A stretch of DNA of 64,000 nucleotides. Source: an uncultured Bacteroidales bacterium (GTDB lineage Bacteria; Bacteroidota; Bacteroidia; Bacteroidales; Bacteroidaceae). Where the stretch lies: assembly GCA_946055515.1 (NCBI GenBank), contig CAMGGA010000001.1, positions 21,813 through 85,812 of the forward strand. Reading direction: 5' to 3'. Below the pieces are notes generated by a model that saw nothing but the letters and a program-made list of their open reading frames with translations, had not been told where the DNA came from and did not search any database. The first letter of the stretch is position 1; each line of letters begins with the position of its first letter. The position numbers and the translations under genes are program-made. Of this stretch, positions 9,030 to 18,659 are shown piece after piece.

Positions 9030-10346
9030 ATGAAAAGAACCTTTTTCCTCTTTTTCTGCCTCATGCTTTGCACAGCAGCCCTGGCAGACGATTTCACGCG
9101 CCGCGCACAACAGCACTTCGACTGGCTCACCACGGGCAAGGCCGACAGTGTGCTCCTCTACGCCACGCCGCAGGTGAAGGCGCAGCTGCAGGCCCAGACG
9201 CTCCGGCAAGTATGGGCCCAACTGCAGGCGCAGGGTGGCAAGCTGCAGGAGACACGCCCCTGGAAGGTGGTGAAAACGAGCGGCTACCACGTGTGTGAGC
9301 GGGTGCTCGTATTCGAACGTGCGCGACTGCAACTGAACATTGTGCTCACACCCGAAAACCTCCTGGCGGGACTGAACTTTGTGCCGGCTCCCGTCGAGGA
9401 GGAGGAGACGCCCGCGGATTCGCAGCAGGAGGAGGCCGACGACGACTCGGACGATTCGGCATTCACCGAAAGGGACTTTGCGGTGAAACACGGCGAAGTG
9501 GAACTGCCGGGCACAGTAACGATTCCCACGGGCGAAGGTGAACGCTGGCCCGCCGTGGTGCTCGTGCACGGCAGCGGACCGCAGGACCGCGACGAGACGC
9601 TCGGCCCCAACGCACCCTTCCGCGAACTGGCGCAGGCGCTGGCCCTGCGCGGCATTGCCGTGGTGCGCTACGACAAGCGCACAAAGGTCTACGGCGGACG
9701 CACCAAGGAGGTTTCGGGCGGCAAGCTCGACCTCGACACGGAGGCCGTGGAAGATGCCGTCGAGGCTGCACGCCGAGTGGCCCTCTTGCCCGAAATCGAC
9801 CCCACGCAAGTGTATGTCGTGGGCCACAGTTTGGGCGGGACGCTCGTGCCGCGCATTGCAGAAAAGGCACAACAGAAGGGCGTGAAGTTAGCGGGCATCG
9901 TAGGCATTGCGGCCTTGGCGCGGCCGTTTGAGAAGGCCGTGGAAAGCCAGTTGGCCTACATCGCCGAGACGCAGGGCTCGGACCGCGCACAGGCCCAGCA
10001 GCAGGCAGCGGAGGGCACGCAGCAGATGATGGCGGCGCTGCCGGCAAGCTACAGACAGGCTTTGGCCGACTACAAGCCGACAGGAACGGCTGCCCGCCTC
10101 GGCGCGTTCCGAATGCTCTTCGTGCAGGGCGGCCACGACTACCAGGTGACGGAGGAGGACCTGAACCTGTGGAAAAAGGCTCTCAAGCAGAACCCGCAGG
10201 CGGAGTTTGCCTTCTTCCCCACCCTCGACCACCTCTTGCGCCCGCTGCCCGCGATGGCCCAACCGAACGACTACATGAAACCGGGCACGATGTCGCCCGA
10301 GGCGATTGACCGCATCGCCGCCTTCGTCCTGGACGAGGAGCCCTAA
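9030..10346 (+). CDS. Secreted alpha/beta hydrolase with N-terminal DUF3887-like domain
   Basis: Signal peptide; VLVHGSGPQDRD, RYDKR, GHSLG nucleophile elbow, QGGHDYQV and LDHL; acidic linker. Confidence 0.88.
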   Translation: MKRTFFLFFCLMLCTAALADDFTRRAQQHFDWLTTGKADSVLLYATPQVKAQLQAQTLRQVWAQLQAQGGKLQETRPWKVVKTSGYHVCERVLVFERARLQLNIVLTPENLLAGLNFVPAPVEEEETPADSQQEEADDDSDDSAFTERDFAVKHGEVELPGTVTIPTGEGERWPAVVLVHGSGPQDRDETLGPNAPFRELAQALALRGIAVVRYDKRTKVYGGRTKEVSGGKLDLDTEAVEDAVEAARRVALLPEIDPTQVYVVGHSLGGTLVPRIAEKAQQKGVKLAGIVGIAALARPFEKAVESQLAYIAETQGSDRAQAQQQAAEGTQQMMAALPASYRQALADYKPTGTAARLGAFRMLFVQGGHDYQVTEEDLNLWKKALKQNPQAEFAFFPTLDHLLRPLPAMAQPNDYMKPGTMSPEAIDRIAAFVLDEEP

Positions 10347-10404
10347 AGTGGACGGTTGCGCTCGCTGGATTTCACATGAACAAAATCATTATTCTATACG
10401 ACTC

Positions 10405-10704
10405 ATGGTAAAACACATTGTACAATTCAAATTCCGCCCGGACGTTTCCCAATCGATGCGGGCGAAGGCGGCCGCGCAGTTCAAGAAGGACATCGAGGCC
10501 CTGCCGCAAACCATCACGTTCATCCGCGCGATTGAGGTGGGCATCAACGTGAACCCGAATGAGGAATGGGACGTTTGTCTCGTTTCGCTGTTCGACAACC
10601 TTGGCGACGTGGAGCGCTACAGCAAACACCCCAACCACAAGGCGGTGGCCATGGCGCTGATGCAACACGTGGCGCAACGCGCCTGCGTGGATTACGAGGT
10701 TTAA
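10405..10704 (+). CDS. Dabb (stress-responsive A/B barrel) family protein
   Basis: MVKHIVQFKF...IEVGIN...WDVCLVSLF...YSKHPNH...RACVDYEV. Confidence 0.9.
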   Translation: MVKHIVQFKFRPDVSQSMRAKAAAQFKKDIEALPQTITFIRAIEVGINVNPNEEWDVCLVSLFDNLGDVERYSKHPNHKAVAMALMQHVAQRACVDYEV

Positions 10705-10723
10705 ACACGGGAAATGTGCCTTC

Positions 10724-11178
10724 CTATACGTATTTTATTCCCTAAAAAAAGCCTTCACAGCTTCACAAAACGTACGTTTTCCGCTGAATATCACCAGAAA
10801 ACAGTGTGAAGAGTAAACTCCTAAGCCTTCACGCGTTTCCCCGCCGCAGGAAATGCCTTGCGCGAACATACGGGACGGCGTATGGGAAATACAAATCGGC
10901 GATTTGAATTTTCAAAGTGCCGAATTGGAAATACAAATCGGCGAGTTGGATTTACAAATCGGCGAGTTGGAAAAAATTGTCCAGGACTTGTAAAATGAAG
11001 TCCTGGGCTTTTTCGTAGCAGCATACACGTGCCTTGACTGCTCAGCGGAAAACCATCGCGCGGAAACGCGTGAAGGCTCTAAAGTTTACCCTTCACACTG
11101 TTCTCCTATGAGTATCAGAACAAAAAGCACGTTCTGTGAAGCTGTGAAGGCTTTTTTCAAGGGATAAAATACGTATAG
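10724..11178. mobile_element. MITE/REPIN-like element copy 1: ~117-bp imperfect inverted arms around a 21-bp tandem array
   Basis: The left arm 10724-10840 (ctatacgtattttat...gccttcacagcttcaca...acagtgtgaagagtaaact...agccttcacgcgtttcc) is the imperfect reverse complement of 11062-11178. A related pair lies at 39051-39421. Mobility is inferred; no TSD or transposase was seen. Confidence 0.7.
10865..11011 (+). repeat. Tandem array of about seven degenerate 21-bp units
   Basis: gaaatacaaatcggcgatttg / aattttcaaagtgccgaattg / gaaatacaaatcggcgagttg / gatttacaaatcggcgagttg / gaaaaaattgtccaggacttg. Confidence 0.85.
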
Positions 11179-11237
11179 AGAGTGCTTGATGGGGATCTCA
11201 AAGCCTTCGTTACGGGGCTTCACACGGTTTGCGGGAG

Positions 11238-12110
11238 CTAAAGTGCTTCCTCGTCGAGGTTCACCCAGCGCACATCGGGATCTTTCTTGAACCAGGTGAG
11301 CTGCTTCTTGGCGTAGACGCGGGTGTTGCGGCGGATTTTCTCCAAGGCAAAATCGAGGGGCCACTGGCCGTCGAAGTACTGGAAGAGTTCTTTGTAGCCA
11401 ACGGTGTTGAGCGCGTTGAGGTGGCGGAAGGGCAGGACGCTGCGGGCCTCTTCGAGCAGTCCAGCCTCGACCATGGCATCGACGCGGCGGTTGATGCGGT
11501 CGAAGAGGAGGGGACGCTCGCGCCAAAGGCCGATCTTCTCGATGCGGAAGGGACGCTGGGCCACTTTGCCCGTGCGGAAGGCGCTGAAGGGACGGCCGGT
11601 CTGGTAGCAGACTTCAAGGGCATGGACCACGCGCTGGGTGTTGCGGCGGTCGCACTGGGCGTAATAGTCCGGGTCGAGCAGCCGGAGTTCGGCGAGGAGC
11701 GCATCCAAGCCTTCGGCTTCCAGACGCTGGTGCAGGTGCTGGCGGGTCTCGGGCAGGATGGTGGGGATGTCGTCGATGCCGCGGCACACGGCGTCGATAT
11801 AGAGCATGGAACCGCCCGAAAGCACTACGGTGTCGTGGTCGCGGAAGAGCTGGTCGAGCAGGGCCAGGGCTTCCTGCTCATACTGCGCCGCACTGTAGGT
11901 CTGGTCGAGCTCGAGTGTGCCCACGAAGTAGTGGCGCACGCGGGCTTGCTCTTCGGCTGTGGGGGCTGCGGTGCCGATGGGGAGGCGGCGGTAGAGCTGG
12001 CGGGAGTCGGCGTTGAGGATGGGACACCCGAGGCGCTCGGCCTGGCGCAGGGCGAAGTCGGTCTTTCCGACACCCGTGGGGCCGAGTATGACTTGGAGGG
12101 TCTTTTCCAT
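11238..12110 (-). CDS. miaA: tRNA dimethylallyltransferase
   Basis: Motifs GPTGVGKT, NADSRQLY, IGTAAP, GGSMLY, LNTVGYKE and TRVYAKKQLTWF. Start set at MEKTLQ. Confidence 0.96.
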   Translation of the reverse strand: MEKTLQVILGPTGVGKTDFALRQAERLGCPILNADSRQLYRRLPIGTAAPTAEEQARVRHYFVGTLELDQTYSAAQYEQEALALLDQLFRDHDTVVLSGGSMLYIDAVCRGIDDIPTILPETRQHLHQRLEAEGLDALLAELRLLDPDYYAQCDRRNTQRVVHALEVCYQTGRPFSAFRTGKVAQRPFRIEKIGLWRERPLLFDRINRRVDAMVEAGLLEEARSVLPFRHLNALNTVGYKELFQYFDGQWPLDFALEKIRRNTRVYAKKQLTWFKKDPDVRWVNLDEEAL

Positions 12111-12221
12111 GGAGGCGGGGGGGCTATGGTAGAAAAAAGGAGTTGAAATGCGACGGGCCCTGCGGCTTTGGCACTTCAACTCTTTGGGGAAATGGTGTTC
12201 CGCCACAAGGCGGAATGTGTG

Positions 12222-12794
12222 TCAGAAGGGACGTCCGTCGCTGATTTCGAAGCCTTCGAGGTCGATGTCGTCGTCGTTGAAGGATGCGCCTCCGTAGATG
12301 GCGTCTTCGTCGAATTCATCAGACGGGACGGGCACGATGTTTTTCGTGCCTTTGGTGATTGCCGAGAGAGGGTCGAGGTCGAGGTCGAGTATCTGCTGCG
12401 GGGCATCGCCCTTGGCGCGCAACACTACGGGGCTCTTGAGGCTCTCACCGGGAATGACTTCTTTCACATCGAGATAGAAGCAACGGTCGGAGAAGGGGTC
12501 GAAGACGTATTCCAGACGCTGCTCTTCGTCTTCGATGAACTCGGAAAGGCGCACTTCGTCCATGACGTAGATGTCTTCGTCGGCACTGCTGGCTCCCATG
12601 TCCTCGCGGGTTATCTGCTGCTGGCGCTCCCACTCTTCGTCGCAGAGGTAGAAGGAGGTCATCTGGTCGTCGGGATAGCTGCAGGACTGGAGGATGATGT
12701 TGTTGAGTTCAAGGAAGGTAGCGTCGCTGTCGATCTTGATTTCGCGGAGGAAGCCGTCTACTTCGTCGGAGATGAATTTGATACGGTATAGCAT
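12222..12794 (-). CDS. Conserved acidic protein (pRiA4b ORF-3 / IS1096-passenger-like family)
   Basis: FLREIKIDSDATF...SFYLCDEEW...YVFD pattern with an acidic tail; lies between lpxA and miaA in the same direction. Confidence 0.75.
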   Translation of the reverse strand: MLYRIKFISDEVDGFLREIKIDSDATFLELNNIILQSCSYPDDQMTSFYLCDEEWERQQQITREDMGASSADEDIYVMDEVRLSEFIEDEEQRLEYVFDPFSDRCFYLDVKEVIPGESLKSPVVLRAKGDAPQQILDLDLDPLSAITKGTKNIVPVPSDEFDEDAIYGGASFNDDDIDLEGFEISDGRPF

Positions 12795-12834
12795 GGATTG
12801 GATGGTCTTGGAATGGAGGGGGGAAGGATGGGAC

Positions 12835-13602
12835 CTACTTGATGATGCCTCGCTTGGACTGGGTCACAAAGTCGAGGATGTAGGTGATTTCGGGTATCTG
12901 GGGAAGGGTTTCGCGGATTTCCTGGAGGCACTCTTCGCGCAACTTGCCGCGCTGGTAGAGCAGGCGGTAGGCATTGTGGATGTGCTCGATGACTTCGGGC
13001 GAGAAGCCGCGACGGCGCAAGCCGACAATGTTGAGCCCGCAATAGGCCACGGGCTCACGGGCGGCCATGGTGAAGGGGGGAACGTCCTGCCCCGTGCGGG
13101 TGCCGCCGCCGACCATGACGTAGCTGCCAATGTGGCAGAACTGGTGGATGAGGACGGAGGCGGAGATGATGGCGAAGTCGTCCACGACTACTTCCCCGGC
13201 AATCTTGGTGGAGTTGCCGATGATGCAACCGTTGCCGACTACGACGTCGTGGGCGATGTGCATGCCTTCCATGAGGAGGTTGTTGGAACCTACCACGGTC
13301 TTGCCCTTGGCAGCCGTGCCGCGGTTGATGGTGACGTTTTCGCGGATGACGTTGTTGTCGCCAATCTCGGCTGTGGTCTCTTCGCCCTTGAACTTGAGGT
13401 CTTGGGGAATGGCTCCGATGACGGCACCGGGGAAGAGGGTGTTGCCGCGGCCCATGCGCGTGCCGGGAAGGAGGGTGACGCTGTTCATCAGACGGTTGCC
13501 TTCGCCGATGACGACGTCTTTATCGATGTAGCAGAAGGGGCCGATTTCGCAACCTTCGCCTATCTGGGCTTCGGGATGGACGTATGCTAAAGGACTGATC
13601 AT
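12835..13602 (-). CDS. lpxA: Acyl-ACP--UDP-N-acetylglucosamine O-acyltransferase
   Basis: Hexapeptide repeats; PQDLKFKGE, IRENVTINRGT, HIAHD, HQFC and GLNIVGLRRRGF. Confidence 0.96.
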   Translation of the reverse strand: MISPLAYVHPEAQIGEGCEIGPFCYIDKDVVIGEGNRLMNSVTLLPGTRMGRGNTLFPGAVIGAIPQDLKFKGEETTAEIGDNNVIRENVTINRGTAAKGKTVVGSNNLLMEGMHIAHDVVVGNGCIIGNSTKIAGEVVVDDFAIISASVLIHQFCHIGSYVMVGGGTRTGQDVPPFTMAAREPVAYCGLNIVGLRRRGFSPEVIEHIHNAYRLLYQRGKLREECLQEIRETLPQIPEITYILDFVTQSKRGIIK

Positions 13603-13686
13603 GATCGTGAATTGGGGGTGGACATTCATCGCCTGCGGACTGTCGGTGGAACGGCACCGCCGCTTGAAGCGGAGAATGGCGCGGGT

Positions 13687-15072
13687 TTATTTGTTCTTAG
13701 TTATCTGTGCGGTGAACGTGGCTTCCATGACGATGGTTTCCCCGACAAAGGCAAAGCCGTGCATGGAGGAAATGCCGTGGCGGATGGGGGCCATGAGCTC
13801 AACGCGGAAGATGATGGTGTCGCCGGGTACTACTTTCTTGCGGAACTTGACATCGTTGATGCGCAGGAAGTAGGTGCTCCAGCGCTCGGGCTCTTCGACG
13901 GAGTTGAGGACAAGAAGGCCGCCGGCCTGGGCCATGGCCTCGATCTGAAGGACGCCGGGCATCACGGGCTCCTGGGGGAAATGGCCCAGGAAGAAGGCTT
14001 CGTTGGAGGTGACGTTCTTGACGGCCACGATGTAGTTGGAACCGGTTTCGACTACCTTGTCCACAAGCTGCATGGGATAGCGGTGGGGAAGGAGTTCGCG
14101 GATGCGATTTACATCCATGAGGGGTTCGCTGTTGGGGTCGTAGTTGGGAGCCTGCACCTCGTATTTGCGGATTTCGCGGCGCATCTGGCGGGCGAACTTG
14201 TTGTTGATGGTGTGGCCGGGACGGGTGGCGATGATGCGGCCCTTGATGGGACGGCCTATGAGCGCCATGTCGCCGATGATGTCGAGCAGCTTGTGGCGCG
14301 CGGGTTCGTTTTGCCAGGCAAGGGGGCGCTTGTTGAGGTAGCCGAGCTTGGTGGCATCGCGGTGTTCCACGTGGAGGTGGTCGGCGAGGCGGTCGAGGCT
14401 TTCCTGCGAAATCTGGCGCTCGTAGATGACAATGGCGTTGTCGAGGTCGCCGCCCTTGATGAGTCCGGCCTGGAGCAGGGGCTCAATTTCGCGTACAAAG
14501 ACAAAGGTGCGGGCACAGGCGATTTCTTCGGCAAAGTCCTGCATGTTGTCGAGCGTGGCGAACTGGCTGTTGATGAACTGCGAGTCGAAAGAAATCATGC
14601 AGGTGATGGAGAACTGCTCATCGGGAAGTATGATGATGGACGAGCCGGTTTCTTCATCGCGGAACTCTACTTTTTTCTTGATGACGTAGTAGTCTTTCGG
14701 TGCGTTCTGCTCTACAACCCCTACCCTACGGATGTTTTCGACGTAGAGAATGGAGCTGCCGTCGAGGATGGGGAATTCGGGACCATTGACCTGGATGAGG
14801 CAGTTGTCGATGCCCATGGCGTAGAGGGCTGCCATGGCGTGTTCAATCGTGCTGCAACGCGCTTCTCCCTTGGCCACGACGGTGCCGCGCGATGTATCGA
14901 CCACGTTTTCGGCAATGGCCTCGATGACGGGCTCGCCTTCGAGGTCGATGCGCTGTATCTTGTAGCCGTGGTTTTCAGGGGCGGGATTGAAAGTTATCGT
15001 CAGGCTGAGGCCCGTATGAAGACCTTTTCCAAAAAGGGAAAAGCTGCCTGCCAGTGTTCTTTGTTTCAACAT
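13687..15072 (-). CDS. lpxC-fabZ: Bifunctional LpxC deacetylase / FabZ dehydratase
   Basis: LpxC motifs GKGLHTG, STIEH, ARTF and HKLLDIIGD; FabZ motifs LPHRYP and GHFPQEPVMPGVLQIEAMAQ. Confidence 0.97.
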   Translation of the reverse strand: MLKQRTLAGSFSLFGKGLHTGLSLTITFNPAPENHGYKIQRIDLEGEPVIEAIAENVVDTSRGTVVAKGEARCSTIEHAMAALYAMGIDNCLIQVNGPEFPILDGSSILYVENIRRVGVVEQNAPKDYYVIKKKVEFRDEETGSSIIILPDEQFSITCMISFDSQFINSQFATLDNMQDFAEEIACARTFVFVREIEPLLQAGLIKGGDLDNAIVIYERQISQESLDRLADHLHVEHRDATKLGYLNKRPLAWQNEPARHKLLDIIGDMALIGRPIKGRIIATRPGHTINNKFARQMRREIRKYEVQAPNYDPNSEPLMDVNRIRELLPHRYPMQLVDKVVETGSNYIVAVKNVTSNEAFFLGHFPQEPVMPGVLQIEAMAQAGGLLVLNSVEEPERWSTYFLRINDVKFRKKVVPGDTIIFRVELMAPIRHGISSMHGFAFVGETIVMEATFTAQITKNK

Positions 15073-15086
15073 AAATGGTTTGGAGG

Positions 15087-16124
15087 TTATGATTTGCTTT
15101 TCAGTGCTTCAACCTCTTTCTTGAGTCGGTTGAGCTCGTTCTGCATTTCGGGAAGATACTTGAATACTACGCTGGAACGCATGAAGTTCTTGGCGTCGAT
15201 GGCAGGGGATCCCTGGATGGTGACGTGCCCTTTCTTGATGCTGCCGGCTATGCCTGCCTGGGCTCCCGAGAGGACGCGGTCGCCGATGACGGCATGGCCT
15301 GCGATGCCGACCTGGCCGCCAAACATGCACCACTCGCCAATCTTCGTGGAACCGGCCACGCCAACTTGGGCGGACATGACGGTGTGGGAACCGACCTCGC
15401 AGTTGTGGGCCACTTGCACGAGGTTGTCGAGCTTCACGCCGCGGTGGATGAGGGTCGTGCCCATCGTGGAACGGTCCACACAGGTGTTGGCGCCGATTTC
15501 CACGTCGTCTTCTATCGTGACGATTCCTATCTGGGGAATCTTTTCGTAGCCATCAGCGGCAGGGGCGAAGCCGAAGCCGTCGGCTCCAATCACGGCACCG
15601 GCATGAATGATGACGCGGTTGCCGAGCTTGCAGCCCTGATAGACGGTGGCATGTGGATAAAGGATGCAGTCCTCGCCTACGCTGGCGCCTTCTTCCACTA
15701 CGGCAGAAGGATAAATCTGTGTGCCACGGCCTACTTCCACGCCTTCTCCTATATAGGCAAAGGGGCCTACGTAAACGTCTTCTCCCAAACGTGCGCTCTC
15801 GGCCACGAAGGCGAGGGGATGGATGCCTTTGCGCTTCTGCATGGTGCTCTGGTAGAGGGACAGCAGGCGGGCGATGCACTCGTAGGCGTTGTCGACGCGC
15901 ACAAGGGTTGCCTGGACTTCCTGCTCGAGCTGGAAGTCTTTATTGACCAAGACGATGGAGGACTGGGTCGTGTAGAGGTAATGGGCGTAGTGGGGGTTGG
16001 CAAGGAAAGAGATGGCGCCAGGGACGCCTTCTTCTATTTTTGCAAAGGTGGAAACTTTGGCTTCGGGGTTGCCTTCGACGGTTCCGCCTAAGTATTCGGC
16101 TATCTGTTTTGCTGAGAATTCCAT
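15087..16124 (-). CDS. lpxD: UDP-3-O-(3-hydroxyacyl)glucosamine N-acyltransferase
   Basis: Motifs ISFLANP, hexapeptide repeats, [24 protein letters not shown] and [11 protein letters not shown]. Confidence 0.97.
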   Translation of the reverse strand: MEFSAKQIAEYLGGTVEGNPEAKVSTFAKIEEGVPGAISFLANPHYAHYLYTTQSSIVLVNKDFQLEQEVQATLVRVDNAYECIARLLSLYQSTMQKRKGIHPLAFVAESARLGEDVYVGPFAYIGEGVEVGRGTQIYPSAVVEEGASVGEDCILYPHATVYQGCKLGNRVIIHAGAVIGADGFGFAPAADGYEKIPQIGIVTIEDDVEIGANTCVDRSTMGTTLIHRGVKLDNLVQVAHNCEVGSHTVMSAQVGVAGSTKIGEWCMFGGQVGIAGHAVIGDRVLSGAQAGIAGSIKKGHVTIQGSPAIDAKNFMRSSVVFKYLPEMQNELNRLKKEVEALKSKS

Positions 16125-16316
16125 TCTTAAAATCTTTTAAGTGGCGCAAATATCGTAAAATAATCTATATACTCCAAGTAGATACCTGATTTTTAGATTG
16201 ATAGCCCACTTGGCGACGAAGGGCGGGACTCGAATGGGGGAAGCGTTTACGAAAGCGAGAAGCGGGGAAAAGTGAAAAATAGTAAGCCATACAATGGTTT
16301 TGCCTGCCTCTGTGGC

Positions 16317-16373
16317 AAAAACAAAAAGAGTGTATCTACAGTCGACTTGAAGCCGAAAGATAGATACACTCTT
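16317..16373 (-). terminator. Intrinsic terminator ending the fasciclin-SusCD operon
   Basis: 13-bp stem aagagtgtatcta/tagatacactctt followed by a T-rich run on the minus strand, about 20 nt after the SusD stop. Confidence 0.75.
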
Positions 16374-16393
16374 GATTTAATTATGCCCGAAGA

Positions 16394-18574
16394 TTAGTAT
16401 TCGGGATTGAGGATGTACCAGTTCTCGGGATTGAGAAGCGTGGAATAGAGGGTCTGGTTCATCTGCATTACGTCCTCGAAGGGTGCGAGCGGAACGTCAC
16501 GGCGGGCAATCTTCCAGGCGAGCCATGCTGTACCGAAGCCGGCGTTGGCTACGTTCTTGTGGCGGGCAATGCGGATGAGGTCGAACATACGGGTTCCCTC
16601 GTAGGCGAGTTCCAAAGCCATTTCGTCGGCGATGAGCGACTCGACGGCATCGATTTCTGCTTCGCTGGCTTCAGCAGGAGCCACGGGGTCGATTTCCGTG
16701 TATTCGCTGCGATCGGGCTCATCTGTATCGCTGCCGCCTTCTGTGTCACCTTCATTGCTGTCTTCACGGGCAACCTTGCGGTGAGCGGGCTCGGGAGTGT
16801 CGTTTACGCTCAGGCCAAGGGCTGCATAGAGGGCAGTCTCGTTGTCGATGCGTTCGGGGATGACACGGTCGTAGCTGAAGAGCGAGTCGGCAATGTTGGA
16901 AGTACCACAACCGAGTTCGTGGATACCGCTATTGGACCAGATGTTGCTGCTGAAGTCAAGATATTCCTCGTAGCGGGGGTCAGCCTCTGCACGGCGGAGT
17001 TCGTCTACACCCACATAGTTGGTGGCGTTGGAAACGATGGCACTGTCGAGGTAGAAGACGGTTTGTTTGGTCTTTGCCACATCGTCGTAGCGGACAGAGT
17101 CGGCAATCGTCGGCATTTTCTCGAAGTCAATACCGTCGCGGAGGATGGCGAAGGCAAGACGGGGATAACCGGCACGGTTGATGGCCTCGGCGTAGCGAAG
17201 GTAAACCTGGGTGAGACGATAGATAGAACGATAGTACTTGAAGGAGGGGCTGCTGAAGGCTTGGCCTTCCACACCGCTCACATGGCTTACGGGGGAGTTC
17301 TTCACGATGTAGCGTGCCTTGCCATCGGTGGTCTCATAGAGAGGGACGTTGGCGTACATACGGGCATCGCCAGCGCCTTCGTAGTATTCAACATCTACGT
17401 TGTCGGCCGAGCTGCTACCGCTGTTCTTCTTCGGCTCCTTGTAAATCTGTGCACCGCAGAGCTGCATGTAGGCCTCGGAAGGACCTGCCTGGCGCGACAG
17501 GAGGTTAGCTCTCAAGGAGATAGAACCGGAAGTGGTTGCATCGGTAGCGTTGTTCTCACCGCCAGATGTGGTGTTGTAGGACTTTGCGTCGAAACCGTAG
17601 ATCTGCGGCGTGCGGCTGAGCACACGGCCGAAGGAGCTGTTGGAAGCAGAGGGAATAACGGTGATGTTGTAGTTATCGCTCAAGCTGGCAGCCTGCAGAC
17701 CTGCATTCAGATAGGAGCTGATGGAGGGGTTATAGGAATCCTTGCCGCTAACCGTGAACTTGGAGAAGCCGGCTCTGGTTCTTTGAATGCCACGGCCCTT
17801 CTTCATCTGCTCCTTGAGGAAGTTGTAGTAGTACTTCGCTGCCGTCTTGTAGTCGTCCTGGGACTGGCCACGGAGGAGGTAGAGGTCACCGAGTACGAGG
17901 TCGTTGTAGAAGCGGAGGTACTTGCTGTCGATATTTACACTACCCGTGTTGAACGAGCCATAATTGGGGTAGCCAAGGGTGCGTTCAAAGTTGTGCGCCT
18001 TCTCGAGGTCGCCCTTGAGGAGATCCACGAGGTTGTCAGCATCAGCCCAAGCTTCGGGGTTCTTCTCCCATCCCGTATTGGCATTGTCAACGGGCTTCGT
18101 GATGAAAGGAACCTTGCCGTAGGTCTGAACGAGCTGGAGGTAGGTCCAGGCACGGATGGCTACGACCTGTGCATACTCACGACGCATGTAGAAAATGTTG
18201 TTCTTGATGGCGTTGGTATCTACCTTGGCAAGGTAGAAGTTGCACTGGTTGATTACCTTGTAGTAGGCAGAGCGGTTGAGGAGGCCATTGTCGCCATTCT
18301 TGCCGCGCTGATAGTTGATGAGGTCAGCGATGCTGTCGCTACTGTAGGCGGTGGAGGTCACGAGGTCGCTTCGAAGGTCGGCCAACAGCTCGTTCTGCTC
18401 TACCATGTCCTGAACGTTGCGAAGGATGCCTAAGTAGAAATAGACGGTGTCATTTCCGCTGAAGCCTTCGCTGTAACGATCCATATCGGGCGTCAACATG
18501 TCTTCGCAGGAAGTGGTGCTCACACCAAATCCCAAAAGGAAGATGAAGAGGCTTAAAATCGATTTGTATTTCAT
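16394..18574 (-). CDS. RagB/SusD family lipoprotein (second pair)
   Basis: Lipobox TTSC-EDML; YKVINQCNF, RAWTYLQLVQTYGKVP, RLTQVYLRYAEA and ELAYEGTRMFDLIR; directly follows a SusC. Confidence 0.92.
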   Translation of the reverse strand: MKYKSILSLFIFLLGFGVSTTSCEDMLTPDMDRYSEGFSGNDTVYFYLGILRNVQDMVEQNELLADLRSDLVTSTAYSSDSIADLINYQRGKNGDNGLLNRSAYYKVINQCNFYLAKVDTNAIKNNIFYMRREYAQVVAIRAWTYLQLVQTYGKVPFITKPVDNANTGWEKNPEAWADADNLVDLLKGDLEKAHNFERTLGYPNYGSFNTGSVNIDSKYLRFYNDLVLGDLYLLRGQSQDDYKTAAKYYYNFLKEQMKKGRGIQRTRAGFSKFTVSGKDSYNPSISSYLNAGLQAASLSDNYNITVIPSASNSSFGRVLSRTPQIYGFDAKSYNTTSGGENNATDATTSGSISLRANLLSRQAGPSEAYMQLCGAQIYKEPKKNSGSSSADNVDVEYYEGAGDARMYANVPLYETTDGKARYIVKNSPVSHVSGVEGQAFSSPSFKYYRSIYRLTQVYLRYAEAINRAGYPRLAFAILRDGIDFEKMPTIADSVRYDDVAKTKQTVFYLDSAIVSNATNYVGVDELRRAEADPRYEEYLDFSSNIWSNSGIHELGCGTSNIADSLFSYDRVIPERIDNETALYAALGLSVNDTPEPAHRKVAREDSNEGDTEGGSDTDEPDRSEYTEIDPVAPAEASEAEIDAVESLIADEMALELAYEGTRMFDLIRIARHKNVANAGFGTAWLAWKIARRDVPLAPFEDVMQMNQTLYSTLLNPENWYILNPEY

Positions 18575-18603
18575 TGTGGTATGATATAAGAAGTGAACAG
18601 TCG

Positions 18604-18644
18604 GGAGCGTCCGGAAGGGGCGGCTGTCCGAGACCGGACGCTCC
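18604..18644 (-). other. GC-rich intergenic stem-loop between susC and susD
   Basis: Perfect 11-bp stem ggagcgtccgg/ccggacgctcc with no U-tract; a possible mRNA-stability hairpin. Confidence 0.55.
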
Positions 18645-18659
18645 ACATTGCACTTTAGA

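Noticed and set aside
10865-11011. 21-bp arrays as a CRISPR array
   Set aside because: The units are contiguous with no unique spacers, and there are no cas genes in the window.
12222-12794. IS-passenger-like protein as evidence of a mobile element
   Set aside because: There is no transposase, inverted repeat or TSD, and it sits inside the housekeeping lpxD-lpxC/fabZ-lpxA-miaA run.
13687-15072. LpxC-FabZ fusion as a novelty
   Set aside because: This fusion is the normal arrangement in Bacteroidetes.
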